Shown here piece after piece: positions 13,711-27,165 of a DNA stretch of 64,000 nt. Source of the stretch: Callorhinchus milii (Eukaryota); the NCBI RefSeq assembly GCF_018977255.1, contig NW_024704758.1, positions 11,532,001 through 11,596,000 on the forward strand, written 5' to 3'. How positions within the stretch are numbered: position 1 is the stretch's first letter; every line of letters begins with the position of its first letter. Position numbers and translations under genes: made by a program. The notes under the pieces are model-generated. The model ran no database searches, was not told the origin of the DNA, and saw nothing but the letters and a program-made list of their open reading frames with translations.

Positions 13711-15752
13711 AATTGTCAACTGCAGTACAGAACAATGTGATTGTGAAGCCAACTCCTAACAAAGCTTTGAACCTATGAACTATCTTGTTTAATTAGAAAA
13801 AAAGAACAAATTTGGTTGAATCCAATCCCCAGCGAGGTTCAAATAATGACAGGAATCATCTCCAGTTTGAGCTTATAATTCAACAGATACGTGTATATCT
13901 ATACTCACAGCCTCCCTCCTATAATTTTACAGCTAACAATTGATCAGAAAGGTCTCATTCTTCAGAAACGTCACATTACCCAGTCTTAATTGAGCCAAGT
14001 CAGAAGCAAGCGGGTGTGTTATCATTGGGGATCTGTGCTCCTTCTGGTCATTGGTAAATGGTGCTTAGAACATCAGGCAAGATTTAGGGATGGAGCCATC
14101 CATTCAGGGATGCCCTTCCTGAAGGAGTGCAGCTCATTTCAGGCTAAAGATCTCAGCTACAAATCCCAAATGAGTTTGTCAGTGCCAATGACTGACTGAA
14201 CATTGCGCAAGATTTGTTTATCACACAAATATAAACACTTTTACTAATGGAGCTACGACAATAATTAAAGGATTAATAGCTCTGGATAACTATTGTTTTT
14301 AAAACATGGGGAGCCAAAACCACCGAGATGTTCCGAGCTTTGTGAGCAGTGCTAAATTTAGACATTGCTCCGATGCTCCTGTACTGACCCCGAGGAAGTT
14401 CCAGTCCCAATACTGTTTCTTAACGCTGGTGCACACTCTCAGTCGGATTGTTGAAGGCTTTAGAGAAAATATAAATCTGATCTGAGCAGAATGCTGTGCA
14501 GATCTTTACTTGTGCTTTGGTCGCTTTGAAATCCTAGGAGCCAGCAATGGATTTGACAGACTTGTTTGTCTAGCTCTCACCCTGAAGGAATTTCTTTTCC
14601 TTGCTGCAGAATGTTTAAAATCAGACGTGACCTTCCAGCTGATGCTGTTGCCCCGGGTCCTTCTGTGTCCAACACAGAAGGCTGTCAACAGACAGTCACA
14701 TGGGAGGCTTTGCCAGCTGGGCGTGCTCTTTTATTCTCGTGATTGATAAGGGAAAATGTAGATGACACATTTTAACTGTAACCTTTAGCAAAATCTCTTG
14801 TTTCAAAGAGGTACATTTTTATCTGTTCTTTAAAAAAAAAACACGCAAGAGCTTGTTCAGTATCAGGTCAAAAAAAATCTGGTTTGCCTGACAGCCCACA
14901 GTGAGACTCTGAGTTAAATTTTCCACTTGATGTTACTCGGGGTATTAACAATGGTGGTGATACATTTTCCACTCATTCTTTTTTGGGCAGTATGACCACT
15001 GTTGCCAGACATAACGTCAACCAAATTCCTCATTAGGTTTAAAAAGCTTGCGTAATACACCTATCATTACTTAATTCCTTCTCTATAGATTTTAACTAAG
15101 GGAAGGAATGACATTAATAGCTATGCATAAACATTTCTGTATTGATTTCTACGCTGTTGCCTCACTTCACTCCATAGCTGTTTGTGGGATGTTGCTGGGT
15201 GCAAATTGGCACCCGCTTTCATCTATGAATGAGACGTCTCCACAATGTAATAAGGCACTGTGTCAAACGCAAGGATTATTACTATTATGGTTGCAACGAT
15301 CATTTGGTTTTAATAACATTTCGGGACCAAAGGCATGTTTCTCAATGAAAATGCCAGAGCCAACTAGGGCAGCGATCAGCCTAGAAACAGCCAGACGAAG
15401 GATGTTGTGCAAAATGCCTCACACCATGGAGAGTTCAGTAAATCAGTGTATTGACATTTAAAATAACTTGCCTGAATGGTGAGATCCATCTCTAGATCCT
15501 TTTTCATTTTTTCCTATTTCTTTTATTCCCAAGTTGTTCTTGGACAAGATTTATAGTCGGTGGGGGGGGGGGGGGGGGTGGAGAATGGGAGAGAAGGGGT
15601 ATAAGCATCTTCTCTAGGATAGGAAAGAGAAGAAAGTTATTCCAGTGTATCTATTTCTGATTATTATCCAGTTGTTGAATCTAGTCGCTGAGTAACATTA
15701 GCTTTGGTGCGTCTCCATAGCTGGGCTATGTTCTACTGCGCCTCAGTTGACT

Positions 15753-15822
15753 AAACAAACAAACAAACAAACACAATTACATTTGTATAGCACCTTTCAC
15801 GTTGGAGGACGTCCCAAGACTG
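15753..15822 (-). mobile_element. L2-type tail with (AAAC)n microsatellite
   Basis: ACATTTGTATAGCACCTTTCACGTTGGAGGACGTCCCAA matches the L2/young-SINE tail. Confidence 0.7.
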
Positions 15823-16155
15823 AAGTAGGTCGGCTTTGCAAGGTCAGAAGAAATGAGGTCCTGTGCTTCCCGGTTCTCTTGTCTACGTTTCTTCTTGTTA
15901 AAATACATGACATTGTGATGTAAATTGTGTCCACGTGCATCATTGTCATTGTCACTTTCACACAGCCTCATTCTGACAGAAATGGTACCCGATTATTGTT
16001 TCTCTCCCCAAATGGTTTCCGAACATAGTTCCAAAAACAAAGTGCCTAGATGGGCTCCCTGCTGTTTCAGCAGAGGAGAAAGCTATTGGAAATGTTGAGT
16101 CATGAACCCACTAAATTCACTTTTCTTCAATTGAGGGACGTAGAACAGTTACAAT

Positions 16156-16477
16156 TAAGGATGCCAATCTTCCAGTTTCTCAAAACCGGAGACTAGTCCA
16201 TAACCATACTGAATGTGGTGTCATTAGAAAACGAAAAATTAAACACCATAATGATATTTCAATTTCTCACATATTGTTTCCTTATTTCTTCACTACATAT
16301 ATATATATATATATGCATTTGTTCTTTTCTGGCTGCCATCACAAGCAATGCGATGATCTTGGTGCATCTCACAATTAAAAGAAAATCCTTTTCCCCAAAT
16401 AGTTTCCGAGGCAAACACTGTACAGATTCCCTTAAAGTCGGTCTTTCCCATCCAAAATCGGACGGTTGGTAATCTTA
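16156..16477. mobile_element. Non-autonomous hAT-like DNA transposon remnant
   Basis: Degenerate terminal inverted repeats TAAGGATGCCAATC / GGTTGGTAATCTTA (TAGGGTTGCCAAC type); flanks AGTTACAA / GGTTACAG resemble an 8-bp target duplication. Confidence 0.55.
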
Positions 16478-16555
16478 GGTTACAGCACCAAAAGGAAATC
16501 ATTCAGTTAATCGGTTCTATACTGGTGATCATACCTCCACTGGAGCCGGTGTTCC

Positions 16556-16930
16556 TTTGGCCTAGTCGGTAGCTCTCTTACCTCTGCATTGGAAGGTTGT
16601 GACCCAGAGATGAGACTTTGAAGCTCCCAGTCTAGGCGGTCACTTTAGTGGAGTACTGGGGGGAGCCCTGTATTGTCAGATGTACTATCCTTCTGCCTGT
16701 TCAAAGAGGATAATGATCCTATGATGTTATTCGTAAAAGGAAACGAGTTCCTTGAGGTGTCCTGGCCAACAATCCTCCACATGATCAATGAGCTTGAGGC
16801 TGTTTGTGGGACTTTGCTGTGGACAAATTAGCTGCTGCATTTGCCTAGAAGTACAGTCACTACACTTGACAGCAATTAACCGTGATTTGGAACATCCTAC
16901 AATTATCAAATATTCTTTATTATTATTATC
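16556..16930 (+). mobile_element. Deu-domain SINE (family C), near full length, decayed
   Basis: tRNA-like head (TGGCCTAGTCGGTAGC), central GGTGTCCTGGCCAACAATCC, GCTGTTTGTGGGAC, (TTA)n end. Confidence 0.7.
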
Positions 16931-18158
16931 TACTATAATCCTATACATCTTCTCTTTCTCAACATCCTTTAAGGTGTGATCAATGACGTGGCTTCCTGGC
17001 AATGAATTTCCTCATCCCTATTCTCTAACTTTGTCTCTCTTAGGGTTTCTGGTACTGTGACTGAGCTGTGCCACTTGCTTGCCTTTGATTTGGGGACATT
17101 CTCTGTGACTCCACTGCTTAAGCCGTACATAGCAAGTTCTTTCCCATTATTTTTTTCTTAGGCACTGCTAACTCAGGCGATATTGAATCTACCATCTGAC
17201 TAGCGCCAAAATCTATTTTCTAAATAGAAACATTGATACCTGCAATCATTTTTTTGAACTATGATTTATGTTTTCGAGTGTAATATTACAGATGAGAAGA
17301 AGGGAGTAACAAAGCAGTAATTTAGTTAAGCGGTAAGATGATAAGTTAACATAACAGCAAAAAGCATATACTTCATCAATGCCATCTGAACTCCACCAGT
17401 AAATTGCAGGCTTTTAGTCACTCATCCATTTATTGTAGTCTTGTATATTTTGCTGTGATCTCAGAAACACAAAATCGATGATATTTTTTGCAATATTGAA
17501 AGACTAGCACTTTCTCAGCACACAATAATTGCAAGTGTGAAGCACTTTAAATCCGCCATCACATCAAGATAAATATAAATACACTTTATTTATATTTATC
17601 AATGACCTGTAGGGTCTTTAACCCCCACAGTTTTAAGCACATCACTGTTAATTAGTACTGAGTATAATGGCTGTATACTGTAGTGACTTTCATTTGAGTG
17701 CAGTATTGGACTGCTCCTCAATCCATATCACTGGAAGAGCACAGCCTGCAACTGTGTGCGGTAACATACAAATTCCTGCCAACTTTGCAGAGCACATCTA
17801 CAGGAAAACACAAGTATTAAATTAATGTCATTAATAATTGGTCACTTACAGGTACTGTCCCCTCAATCCAAACGTTGCTTATTGCAAGATTTAGTTTGTC
17901 AGCTGTTATGCCTTTTTATAAGCAAAAGTATCTTTTGGTGCCGAAGAAGAAAGAAAAAAAATAGTCATTTAGGGAAGCTTCAACACACTGATCTATATCC
18001 TTTAGTACATTTCATTAGAGTTGCTGTGCGAAAGGATCATATCGGAAACCACTATATGCGCAAGTAACTTTTGTAGCAGTTGCTCAATAATTCTCTGATA
18101 CTTTCCATGCATTGCTTTGCTCTGAAATGTCCTGATGAAGAATTGAGCATAGCCTTTG

Positions 18159-18172
18159 CCGCTGGGAGGCAG
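18159..18172 (+). promoter_or_regulatory. Possible CTCF site
   Basis: CCGCTGGGAGGCAG matches the classical CCGCNNGGNGGCAG consensus; motif match only. Confidence 0.25.
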
Positions 18173-18399
18173 GAGGGAGTCTGCCCTCAAATCTAAGTCA
18201 GGGAAATGTTCCAAAGGGAAATCTCTCAACTGGCTCAAATACAACTAAGTCCAACTTTTTAAATGGTCCAGTTATAACCCTGTGGTAGACAAAAGCGTGC
18301 TGTTTGACTGGAAAGAACTTAAATGGAATTGCCAGGTCACGTTGGAATTGCACTAAGACAAGACAGCAGTTAAAGTGTGAAGATGGGAGTCTGTGTGCT

Positions 18400-18680
18400 C
18401 TATTAGCATTAGTGCTTTGGGCTAGAGAGATGAAACATCAGGCAGGGGTGATCAGATCACGATCAGCACATTGCTGGTAAGTCTGCATGTATAGATAGCG
18501 GGTGAGGACCAGATCAGGCTTGTCTTCGATGCGAATCCACCCTCCTGTGCCACATGCCAAGTGTCTGAACTCACACAGGAAGAATGGTCACTTTGCCCAA
18601 GAACCAAAGGGCTTGTGGACATCAGGAAGAGGCAATGATTTCAGAAGAAGAGGAAGAGAGAAAATTGGCAATAAAAAAAA
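18400..18680 (+). mobile_element. Old SINE-like repeat, family B
   Basis: GTGAGGACCAGATCAGGCT...GAAGAATGGTCACTT...GAGAGAAAATTGGC then A-tract; homologous to the copies at 32090 and 38505. Confidence 0.6.
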
Positions 18681-19628
18681 TTGGATGACAACTGGTTATC
18701 TTGCATGCAGCAACAAATCAATGAAGTTAGAATTAACGGCTGCAGTCTTTAAACTTGGTGTAGTTGTACTCTGCAAGACTCTGTAACCATGCAGTGCATT
18801 CACCAAATGAACCATTGTTTTTTTTAGTCCTTCAGTCGTGAGTAATGCTACTGGTAACTTTACTGTAGGCTCAAAACAGCTTTACACATGTAGCATTTTT
18901 TTCACATTGTTGTGCTTTGCCATTTGAATCAGGCCTACAGGTTACTACAATCTAGCAAATATGTGTGAATTATATAGTGAAGGGAGGAATAAAAATACTT
19001 CGGAGCACGATTATAGACATTGTATAACAACGTTCCCAAGGGTTTACTTTATTTTCTGGAACCTAAACTATTGCAGGGAAACCAGTGGCAGCAGATAAGA
19101 CTTATCTGGAAGAAGAGAAAGAAAAATCACCCATTTTAATAAACTTGGTTCGCTCGATACGACAAAGTCAAAATGCTCCTGATCTATTTTTCTCCGCGTC
19201 TTTATAATTTTACTGTACAAAGTTTCTGTTGCGATTTGCTAACCTGTAATTAAGATTTAGTGTTCAAAGATATGTTTTCATTTCTAATGTACTCGAGATG
19301 CAGTCGGCTCAGCCAATCTCATCATTTGCAAACCTTAATTATAGAGTGGCGACTTGTTTAGAACGCTTCTAATTCTGGAAGAGAAAGGAAACAAGGTTCT
19401 TCTCTGCCCACGTGAAGAGAGAATCACAGGCTGCCACTTTTAAGGACTTTGTTTGCCCTTTTTTTGTATTATGAAGATCTGACCTTCAAAATCAACAATT
19501 GCTAGTCTGCATTTGTTTGGTTTCATTCCACACATTTGCATCCCTTTCCATTATATATACGTTTGAACAAATACCTCCCAGACAACATGAACCTATGTTT
19601 ATTTTACTCCTTTACACTGATCCAAATA

Positions 19629-19935
19629 TAATAATAATCCTTGCATTTGACGTAGTGCATTATCACACCTTCGAGAAGCCTCAAAGCGCTTCACAGAATA
19701 TGCTGTAAAGTGAATTGACTGTATATTTTGTGGGCAAAACGCGGCAGCCAATTGTCTACTCGAATTGGTGCAATTGGCTGCCGCGTTTGCCCACAAATAT
19801 ACAGTCAATTCACTTTACAGTGTGTTCTGTGAAGCGCTTTGGGACGTCCTCCCGACGTGAAAAGCGCTATATCAAATGCAAGGATTATTATTATTACTCA
19901 CTTGTGAGGCAAGTGCTCTAGCAACTGAGCTATGT
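19629..19935 (-). mobile_element. Old family A SINE split by a younger insertion (tail part 19629-19754, head part 19897-19935)
   Basis: 19897-19935 is the reverse complement of the tRNA head (TAGCTCAGTTGCTAGAGCACTTGCCTCACAAGTGAG); 19629-19754 is the reverse complement of an old-type tail. Confidence 0.75.
19771..19896 (+). mobile_element. SINE family A, young subfamily, 3' fragment
   Basis: Diagnostic GGGACGTCCTCCCGACGTGAAAAGCGC, nearly identical to the 36066 copy. Confidence 0.9.
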
Positions 19936-22900
19936 CAGCATGACAGCTTTAAGGGAGCAGAAGAGCCCCAGTTCAATGACATTTTTTACTCTATCGTTGT
20001 CAGTAAGAATTGTATCTTCAGTGGTCCTTTTTTTGTCTTCAACTAGTAAAACTTTTTTGCAATGATTCACTTCATTTTAGGATCTGCGGTGTCTCTAAAA
20101 TGTGGTCTTAAATGATATTTTGTTTGCTTTTGAGGCGAAAGGATAAAAAATGTCTTCACAGTCCACAAAGTGTTTACCTGCTGCCTGCAGCCAAAGAATG
20201 AAGACAATTTGGGATTAAACAAGAGCTGGCATCGGCAAATAAATAGGGACTTGACATTAAAGCCTTCATAGGCAAGTGTCCAAACCTTATGGATACCTCG
20301 AACAAATAATTCAGGTGGAGTTGTAATGCCTTGTAGATATCTGGCCTAGGCCACATCAGTCCGTGTTTACTCATGACCCTTTTGAAGGGTCATCTCTTCG
20401 GTCAGAAGGTCACAGAGTGTCTGACTCCAAAATCTGGAGAGCTCCCATTGCACCACTGACACCACTTTCCATCATTCCAAACACCCTTTGCTGTGGACAA
20501 TGTCAACTCATTAACTGTTCCACTCCGATAGCTTCTTTTGCTTTGCTTTTAGCTTTGCTGCCTCCCCCTGATGATTGCCAAGCTGTTATTATAAACTATC
20601 CATGTCTTGCAGCACCACAGGAGAGTAATATCCATTTAAGCATAAACTGAGTAAACTATATTCCACATATTTAAAGAGGAAATGCTCCTAACTTCTCAGA
20701 AAGTCCTGTATTCTGCAAACTTCCCTCACTTTGTTCCATAGGTGTATTTTTATCAATAGTCCATCATAATGTGTTTTGTTAAAACATCTTCTGGAAATTA
20801 CATCAATAACTATGTGCAATCTGATCGTTTTAACCTAATAATAATCCTACATTTGATACAGCTTCTTGAACATTGGGAGCTTGTCAAAGTGCTTCTTACT
20901 GTAGAGTATAGTACTGTATATTTTGTGAGTGAACTTCTGTTCCTCCAAGCGACCCAAGAAGCCACCCACGTGAAGGGTTGTTGTGGTGTTTTATCGTTTA
21001 GGATGGCACAAAAAGAGCTTCAGCAACTTTAGTTACAGACAAGAAAGTCACAATTCGGATTGTAGTTTTCCTATGTCAAGCATGGAGATTTAAACAAGGT
21101 TTAGACTGAAATACTGGGGAAAATACAATAATTGGCAGAATATTTTGAATGGAACCTAAGCTAAATAAAGACAAATTATCCAAATTCATACAAAATCCCC
21201 ATTCAATTTTGAGCGTTTAGTAGAAACAGCTGTTCTGTACCGTACATAATACTATCATTTTAATTCACGCTGATTGGGCTGATAGGGCTGCGTGAGGGTA
21301 TGAATCGGTCAAGTTATTCAGCAAATGGAGAAGCGACAGCCAAGTTACTAATGGAGGGAGTTAAGGGTACTACGTTTGCAATTTTTAGCCATTTGTAAAT
21401 CTATATTGAAGGTTTATGGCTGTGCACAGCTACACAATCTTGGTTAAATTCCATAGGTTTATTCTCATGAAGTGAAATGTATTTTCCTTGAGGCTATGAC
21501 CAATGTTCCATGAGAATTTGCAACAGTGGGTAACCCTGAGGTTGAATGGGTTTCAATCAAATTTGGTCCATAAGTAAGCATTTCCTTAGTGCAGGAGGTT
21601 GAATAATCTGTTTTAAATAGCAGGTCATGTTGTGATTGTGGGAGCCAGGGAATTACAATTTGAATTTCCTCAAGGAAAAAAAAATGATTACATATCTCCT
21701 CATTCTGGGGGTTGGGCCATTTGGTATCTACACTACTTCATCATTTGAACTGAACTTTTAATGAAAAGAAACATGTAACCAATGCTCCCTCCTTTTTCTC
21801 TCTCTCTCTCTCTTACCTTACAATAGTGATCTGAGTGGTTACCAACAGCTTCTCGAATTTCAACTGCACCTGAATAATTTGTACCTCTGTTCATATAGAC
21901 TAATTGTGTTCAAGAGGGTTTGGAACCTGAATAAGGGACAAATACAGAGTATGGTTTGATTCAGGGTAAAATAACCTTGTGTTTAACACTGCTGAATTGA
22001 ATTACAGTAACTCAAAGGAAACCTTCTTCTACATGTTTTATGGTGACTGAGGGCACTATAACTCTCAAAGATCTGGCCAGGGGTACAACAGTAGACTTTT
22101 TCTTCCTTATTAAAAAAAAGCCAGAGTGTCTCAGCCTGAATAAATATGATGGGCTATTGCTCCTCTCTCCCTCCCTCCCCAAATGTAAAGAATGTATTAT
22201 CCTGGAAGTGTTAAAAGCAGTTTTGAAAACTGTTTCCTCTCCACAAAGTGTATGGAGTACAGGTTTGGATTCCATACAAGAATCTGGAAAGCACGTAATA
22301 TGCCTAAACAAGCTTTGAATTATTTCCAGAAAAAATATACAAAATGCGTTCGGCTCATTATGTGGCGTCCAGGCTTTAAATTCCTTTCAGGGAAAAAAAA
22401 CTGCACCAAATTGCCAAGAGGTCCATTAGGACCTCAGGAAGAGGAAATCAGACTGGTCACGTATCCCAAAGTCCTCTTGATATCTATCCCAGCGATTCTT
22501 CTACCTCTCAGAATGAGCCTCTCTGAAGCTGTCTACAAATAAAACTTCTGCTATATCCTCTCACAGAATTCACGTTCAATGAAGCCTCTCTAAATTAATG
22601 AACATAAACATTCTTTTATTTAATGAGGGAAACTTGTAATACACGTGCTTCTGTGCTGTACACATGATCTGAGAACCGATGTCCTATGAAAGTCTGAAAC
22701 TAACTCTGGATCCCAATAACTCATTGCAAAGCTTTTCCTTTGTGCTGTCTTCCTCTCCCTACCACCCACCCACCCATCTGTTTATCACAAATGGGTTGTC
22801 TGGCATAAGCCTTTGATAAGTACAACCAATCTTGACATATTATTCTGGTATTACATTTAGCTATATGACTAAAAGCAGAGCTATAGGAATATTGACACAA

Positions 22901-24534
22901 AAGTGCTTTACATATAATGGCTGACCATATATTGTGTGACACTTTCTGTACTGTGATATTGCAGTTTGGGTTAAGGAAATGTTATGGGAAAAAAAATGTT
23001 TTTCTTTTGACTAAAAGCAGAGTCACATTAACCTTTACAGAAATAAGTCTTGTGTGCTAAACTAAACAATAATAAAGTCAATTGTAATGGTATCCATATT
23101 ATAAAATCCAGATAAAAATGATCTGTTAATCTCTGGTTCACATTAGTCACTGTTAGGAGCAGAAACAGAAGTATGTGGCCAGCTGTTTTTATTACAAGGA
23201 TAAAAAACGGAGTGATATGATAAATGTGCTGGGGCTTGGAAGTTCAGGCATTTTAACAGTGCTTGTGAGTTTTACCAGAACTGTAAGTAGCAATTTTTTT
23301 TCATGTGTCTTTACAATGGAAAATCCCACATCAGTCAGGTGGATTAATTTTATAAACCGTATTAAGTATTGTGTAAAGGAAATGTTTAGCTAATTTGGGG
23401 ACTGAACAACTCTGATTCCATTCAAACCAATCAAATATGGTCACGTAATAATATTTAACGTCAATTAGGAAAACATCTGCCAAACTATTGAGTTTCAAAC
23501 AAAGCCAAAATCAGCAAGTTTTAAACAATGATCGTGAAGTTAGCTTGTTCTATTTTCCACTGAATTTCTTTAACGGGTGCAAATTATGATAGCTGCCAAT
23601 TGGGGCCCACTCTTGTTGCTACTTATTTTACCTTATTGCAACTCCTAGGAAGGAATGATGAGCCAATCTCTGCTGGCAGAGCTAGAGGGACAAATAATTG
23701 ATACACATCTCACAAGCAAGTGGAGTTTTGGCTCATTATTCACAGCTCCCATATTCCCTTGAAGCCTAGTACTAGCTATTAAGTATTTCAAGTAAGCACT
23801 TGTTTGGCTTATCTCCTGTAATTCTAATCTATATTGCGTCCTTAACCCAGAGCATTAAACTTTGATTCCACGTCTAAATATTGCGTATCTAAAGTTACTC
23901 CAGTCACCTTCCTGGTAACAGTAGGATTCCAAAAAATATTTTTGCTATTCTAAATGGCACTGGTTCTAAACATTTTAAACTCAGAAACTGGATCCAGTCC
24001 AGGAGTGTCGCAACAAAACACATTTGCTTTATAGTCCAGATGGTCACTGGTTGAATTCCAAGGTTTTCCTGATACTCAAATCTGTCTGTCGTAATATTGG
24101 TGTTTTTTTATATATTGGTTCTCATGAGATGTGCAGCCTAAGCCACCACAAATTCCCCCCCAAATGCCACGTAATCCTCATAAAATGATTTACATCAAGT
24201 TTCCATTTCAAGGGCAGAATTTCGATGTTCTGAGAGTAAACTGAGATGAAGCAATAAATCAGAAACTAGTGCATTCAATTACGAAAGCATGCTTGCTGGG
24301 GAAAAACGAAGTGTGTTTAGTTTTCTGGTGATGAAAGTGCTCATCTTTTCTAATGTGTCTTGCTGTATATTGAGTCAACAACATGGGCCATTGTATCCCT
24401 CCTATGTCAACAGCTATGTCCGTAATACAGTCAAGGTGGATCCATTGTTACTAAACAAACCCATTTTATATTGCAATGAAATACTACAGCTTACCTCTAA
24501 TGACCAGATGTAATTCTCATTCAATTCCCTGCAT

Positions 24535-24669
24535 CAGTGGTAGCCAAACNTTTTTTGGTCAGCCAACAAAATATTCACAGAAATAGCCTAGATTTACACC
24601 ATAAATCAAGAAATATTCAATCCAGAAATGTTCATTTTGTTGGCCAACTAAAGAGGTTGACCACCACTG
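24535..24669. mobile_element. hAT (Charlie-like) MITE, 135 bp
   Basis: About 36-bp imperfect terminal inverted repeats: CAGTGGTAGCCAAAC...GCCAACAAAAT and ATTTTGTTGGCC...GGTTGACCACCACTG. Confidence 0.7.
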
Positions 24670-26228
24670 CTTCTACATAATCAAGTAATAAATGTTCACT
24701 CCAGCCATTTATCCATTATTTATTGATGTCCAACCATATCAATGCTTCTGGGGTTAGTCTAGACTGTGATTGCAATGGTCATCCCGAGCTGCATCAGCAA
24801 ACCGGGAATGTTAATCTACTCTGAAAACTGGAACTGCCCAAGGGGAAGAGGCTAGAGATATGTAAGAGCCAGTGAATCGAACTGAGTCATGATTTTGACA
24901 GTCTATTTTAGGTGTCTCTGCACTCGTGTCTGTAATGTTCCTCCAAATGGAGGGGTTCAAGAGCAACGGTAAAACAGTTGTAAGTCTGACATAGACTGTT
25001 ACGTTTAAAACTGAACAAAACAGCGTGTAATTATGGTGTTCTCCCGAGTCACTCCCTCAAGTGCAAAACGAGGCTGATGGTACCATAATGCCGCAGATGT
25101 TTGATGCGAGTGAGGTGAAAAAGATAGCACCAATTCCCTGGATTATCACCGAGCACAAGTCTAATCAATAGCAGGCACAGTTGGTGGAGGTTTGCTAGCC
25201 TGAGAGTAGTGCCTGCCTAAGCATATCATTTCTCTCATTTAACGCTGATCTTGATGGGCCACAAACTGGATTTGGAAAGACAAACGAAGGACAGTGCGCA
25301 TCTGAGTTGTGGATCAGGATCCAGATGATGCGTCACTGCAAGAAGCAATCAAACCATTCAAGCAAAAGATGTCCATTTCTATCCATCATATTGGGCACAA
25401 ACCGCCAGCTCTAGTCTCGATAGAATGCTGCACATTAGCTCTGAAACAGGAGCTCAGCTCTTCCTGAGTCAGGGTGGTTTACGTTCCTCTCGTTAATGTC
25501 TAATACACAAAGCCGGACCTGTGTTGTGCCTATTACTTCGGGCTTAAAAACATTTCAATCATTATCCGTTTATCGGGAGGGTTAACAAGCCTAGGCTGTC
25601 TCTCCAGCTGTCAGACCAGAAAGAAAAAAAATTGTGCTTTCCACCAATTTGCTGCAGTTCTGCTCAGCCGGCATTTATTTATATTTTTTATTATTGCATA
25701 AAACAAATGAATTGGGTTGACAATTTTCTAAGAATAGAAGTGCTTCTGTTGCACATGTGCACCCGAACCACATAGGCACTGTGTTTCATTAATGCCAGAA
25801 ATGCCTCAAACGATGGCTCAGGCTATGGGGTCACTGCCTTGTGATTGGTTAGAGAAATCCAAACATGGAATTTGTGTGTGTGTGTGTGGTGTGTACGTGC
25901 AGATCGTTGCTGAATGATTTGTTGAATGAGGCATTGAATGTCTTGAATGGTCCACGGACACACTGCACGTTGTGCAGGGGGGACATTTCATCTAAAGCAC
26001 TCCAGCAGCACTTTGTGGATACAGTTCATTTTGTGGAAAGTGTGAATTAAATGCCTTTTTTCCAAAAAACGGCTGCATTGGTTTATTACAACATTCATTT
26101 GGAGGTTTGCTCAATTATATTTCAACCCTTTGACTGGATGGAGTCTTGTTTTTCTCGCTCTCCTTTTTAACTCTTGCATTGCATTGTGAAGTGGAAAACG
26201 CATAATATTACTGCATAAATTGATCAAG

Positions 26229-26545
26229 TGTCAGCCTGGCTCAGTTGGTAGCGCTCTCTCATCTGGATCAAACGCTGTGGGTTCAAGTATAAGCCTGACT
26301 CGTATAGTATGGGCTGACACTCCAATGCAGTGCTGAGGTGGGTGCTGTACTGTTGGAGATATTGTTCTACGGATGAGATATTAAACAAGATCCCGTCAGT
26401 CAGTTGAGGTGTAAGTTGAAGATCCCACAGCACTACTCGAAAAGAGAATGAAGTTTCTTCCATGTCCTGGCCAACAATCCCCAGATAAAATTGGTCATTC
26501 ACTTCATGACTGTTTGTGGGATATCGCATGTGCAAATTGATGAGG
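26229..26545 (+). mobile_element. Deu-domain SINE (family C) with tRNA head
   Basis: Head TGGCTCAGTTGGTAGC...GGGTTCAAG; central GGATGAGATATTAAAC...GATCCCACAGCACTACTCGAAAAGAG...TGTCCTGGCCAAC resembles the DeuSINE (AmnSINE1/SacSINE1-type) domain; followed by a family-A-like 3' module. Confidence 0.8.
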
Positions 26546-27165
26546 AGCAGAGCCAATTCAGAAGGAGCAGCAGCCTGGTCATGCACAAACTATCCAATGT
26601 GTGCTTTTTATCCTAATTCCCCTTCTATCAACTGGAAACAAGTCATTCCACATCACTATTTCTTAAAAAAAAAAGACAATGTGTTGCAACTTAAAATTCC
26701 AATTATTACATTTAATATTCATGCCCTAATAAGCCTCACACTTTGATTTTCTTATTCATCAAAGGCAACATATGTCACTTCAAATGAGCAATGCTTAAAT
26801 ACTTTATTAGTACTTAGAGGAGTTGATTTCAAATGTACTAATTGCGCAGCTCTGAGCCAAATGAGTCAATTTTTCTAACATAATTGTGAAAAGCATGGAA
26901 GTAATGTTTCTGGCTTTTACAGGAATTATTGCCTATGGGTCTGCGGTGATGTCAAGTACTATTTGTTCAATCCATTCTCTTCTCCATAAGAATAGAGTTG
27001 TCAATTCCCCACTATATTTACTTTCCTTTCTCATTATAGAGCATTCAATTGCTTGATTTCAATTGAAACCATATCGCAGACTTGAGTCCAGCACAACACA
27101 AATGTTAGATGTACTTAAAAATTGCATGAAAGAAAATTGCACTTACATTTTGAGTATATATTGAA

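Noticed and set aside
15561-15578. Poly-G tracts (also 7860 and 29857) as functional G-quadruplexes
   Set aside because: Simple homopolymers without supporting context
19629-19896. CRISPR-like array or structured ncRNA gene
   Set aside because: The repeats are dispersed SINE tails in eukaryotic DNA, with no regular repeat-spacer periodicity
24550-24550. Single N base
   Set aside because: Assembly ambiguity next to a T-run, not biological
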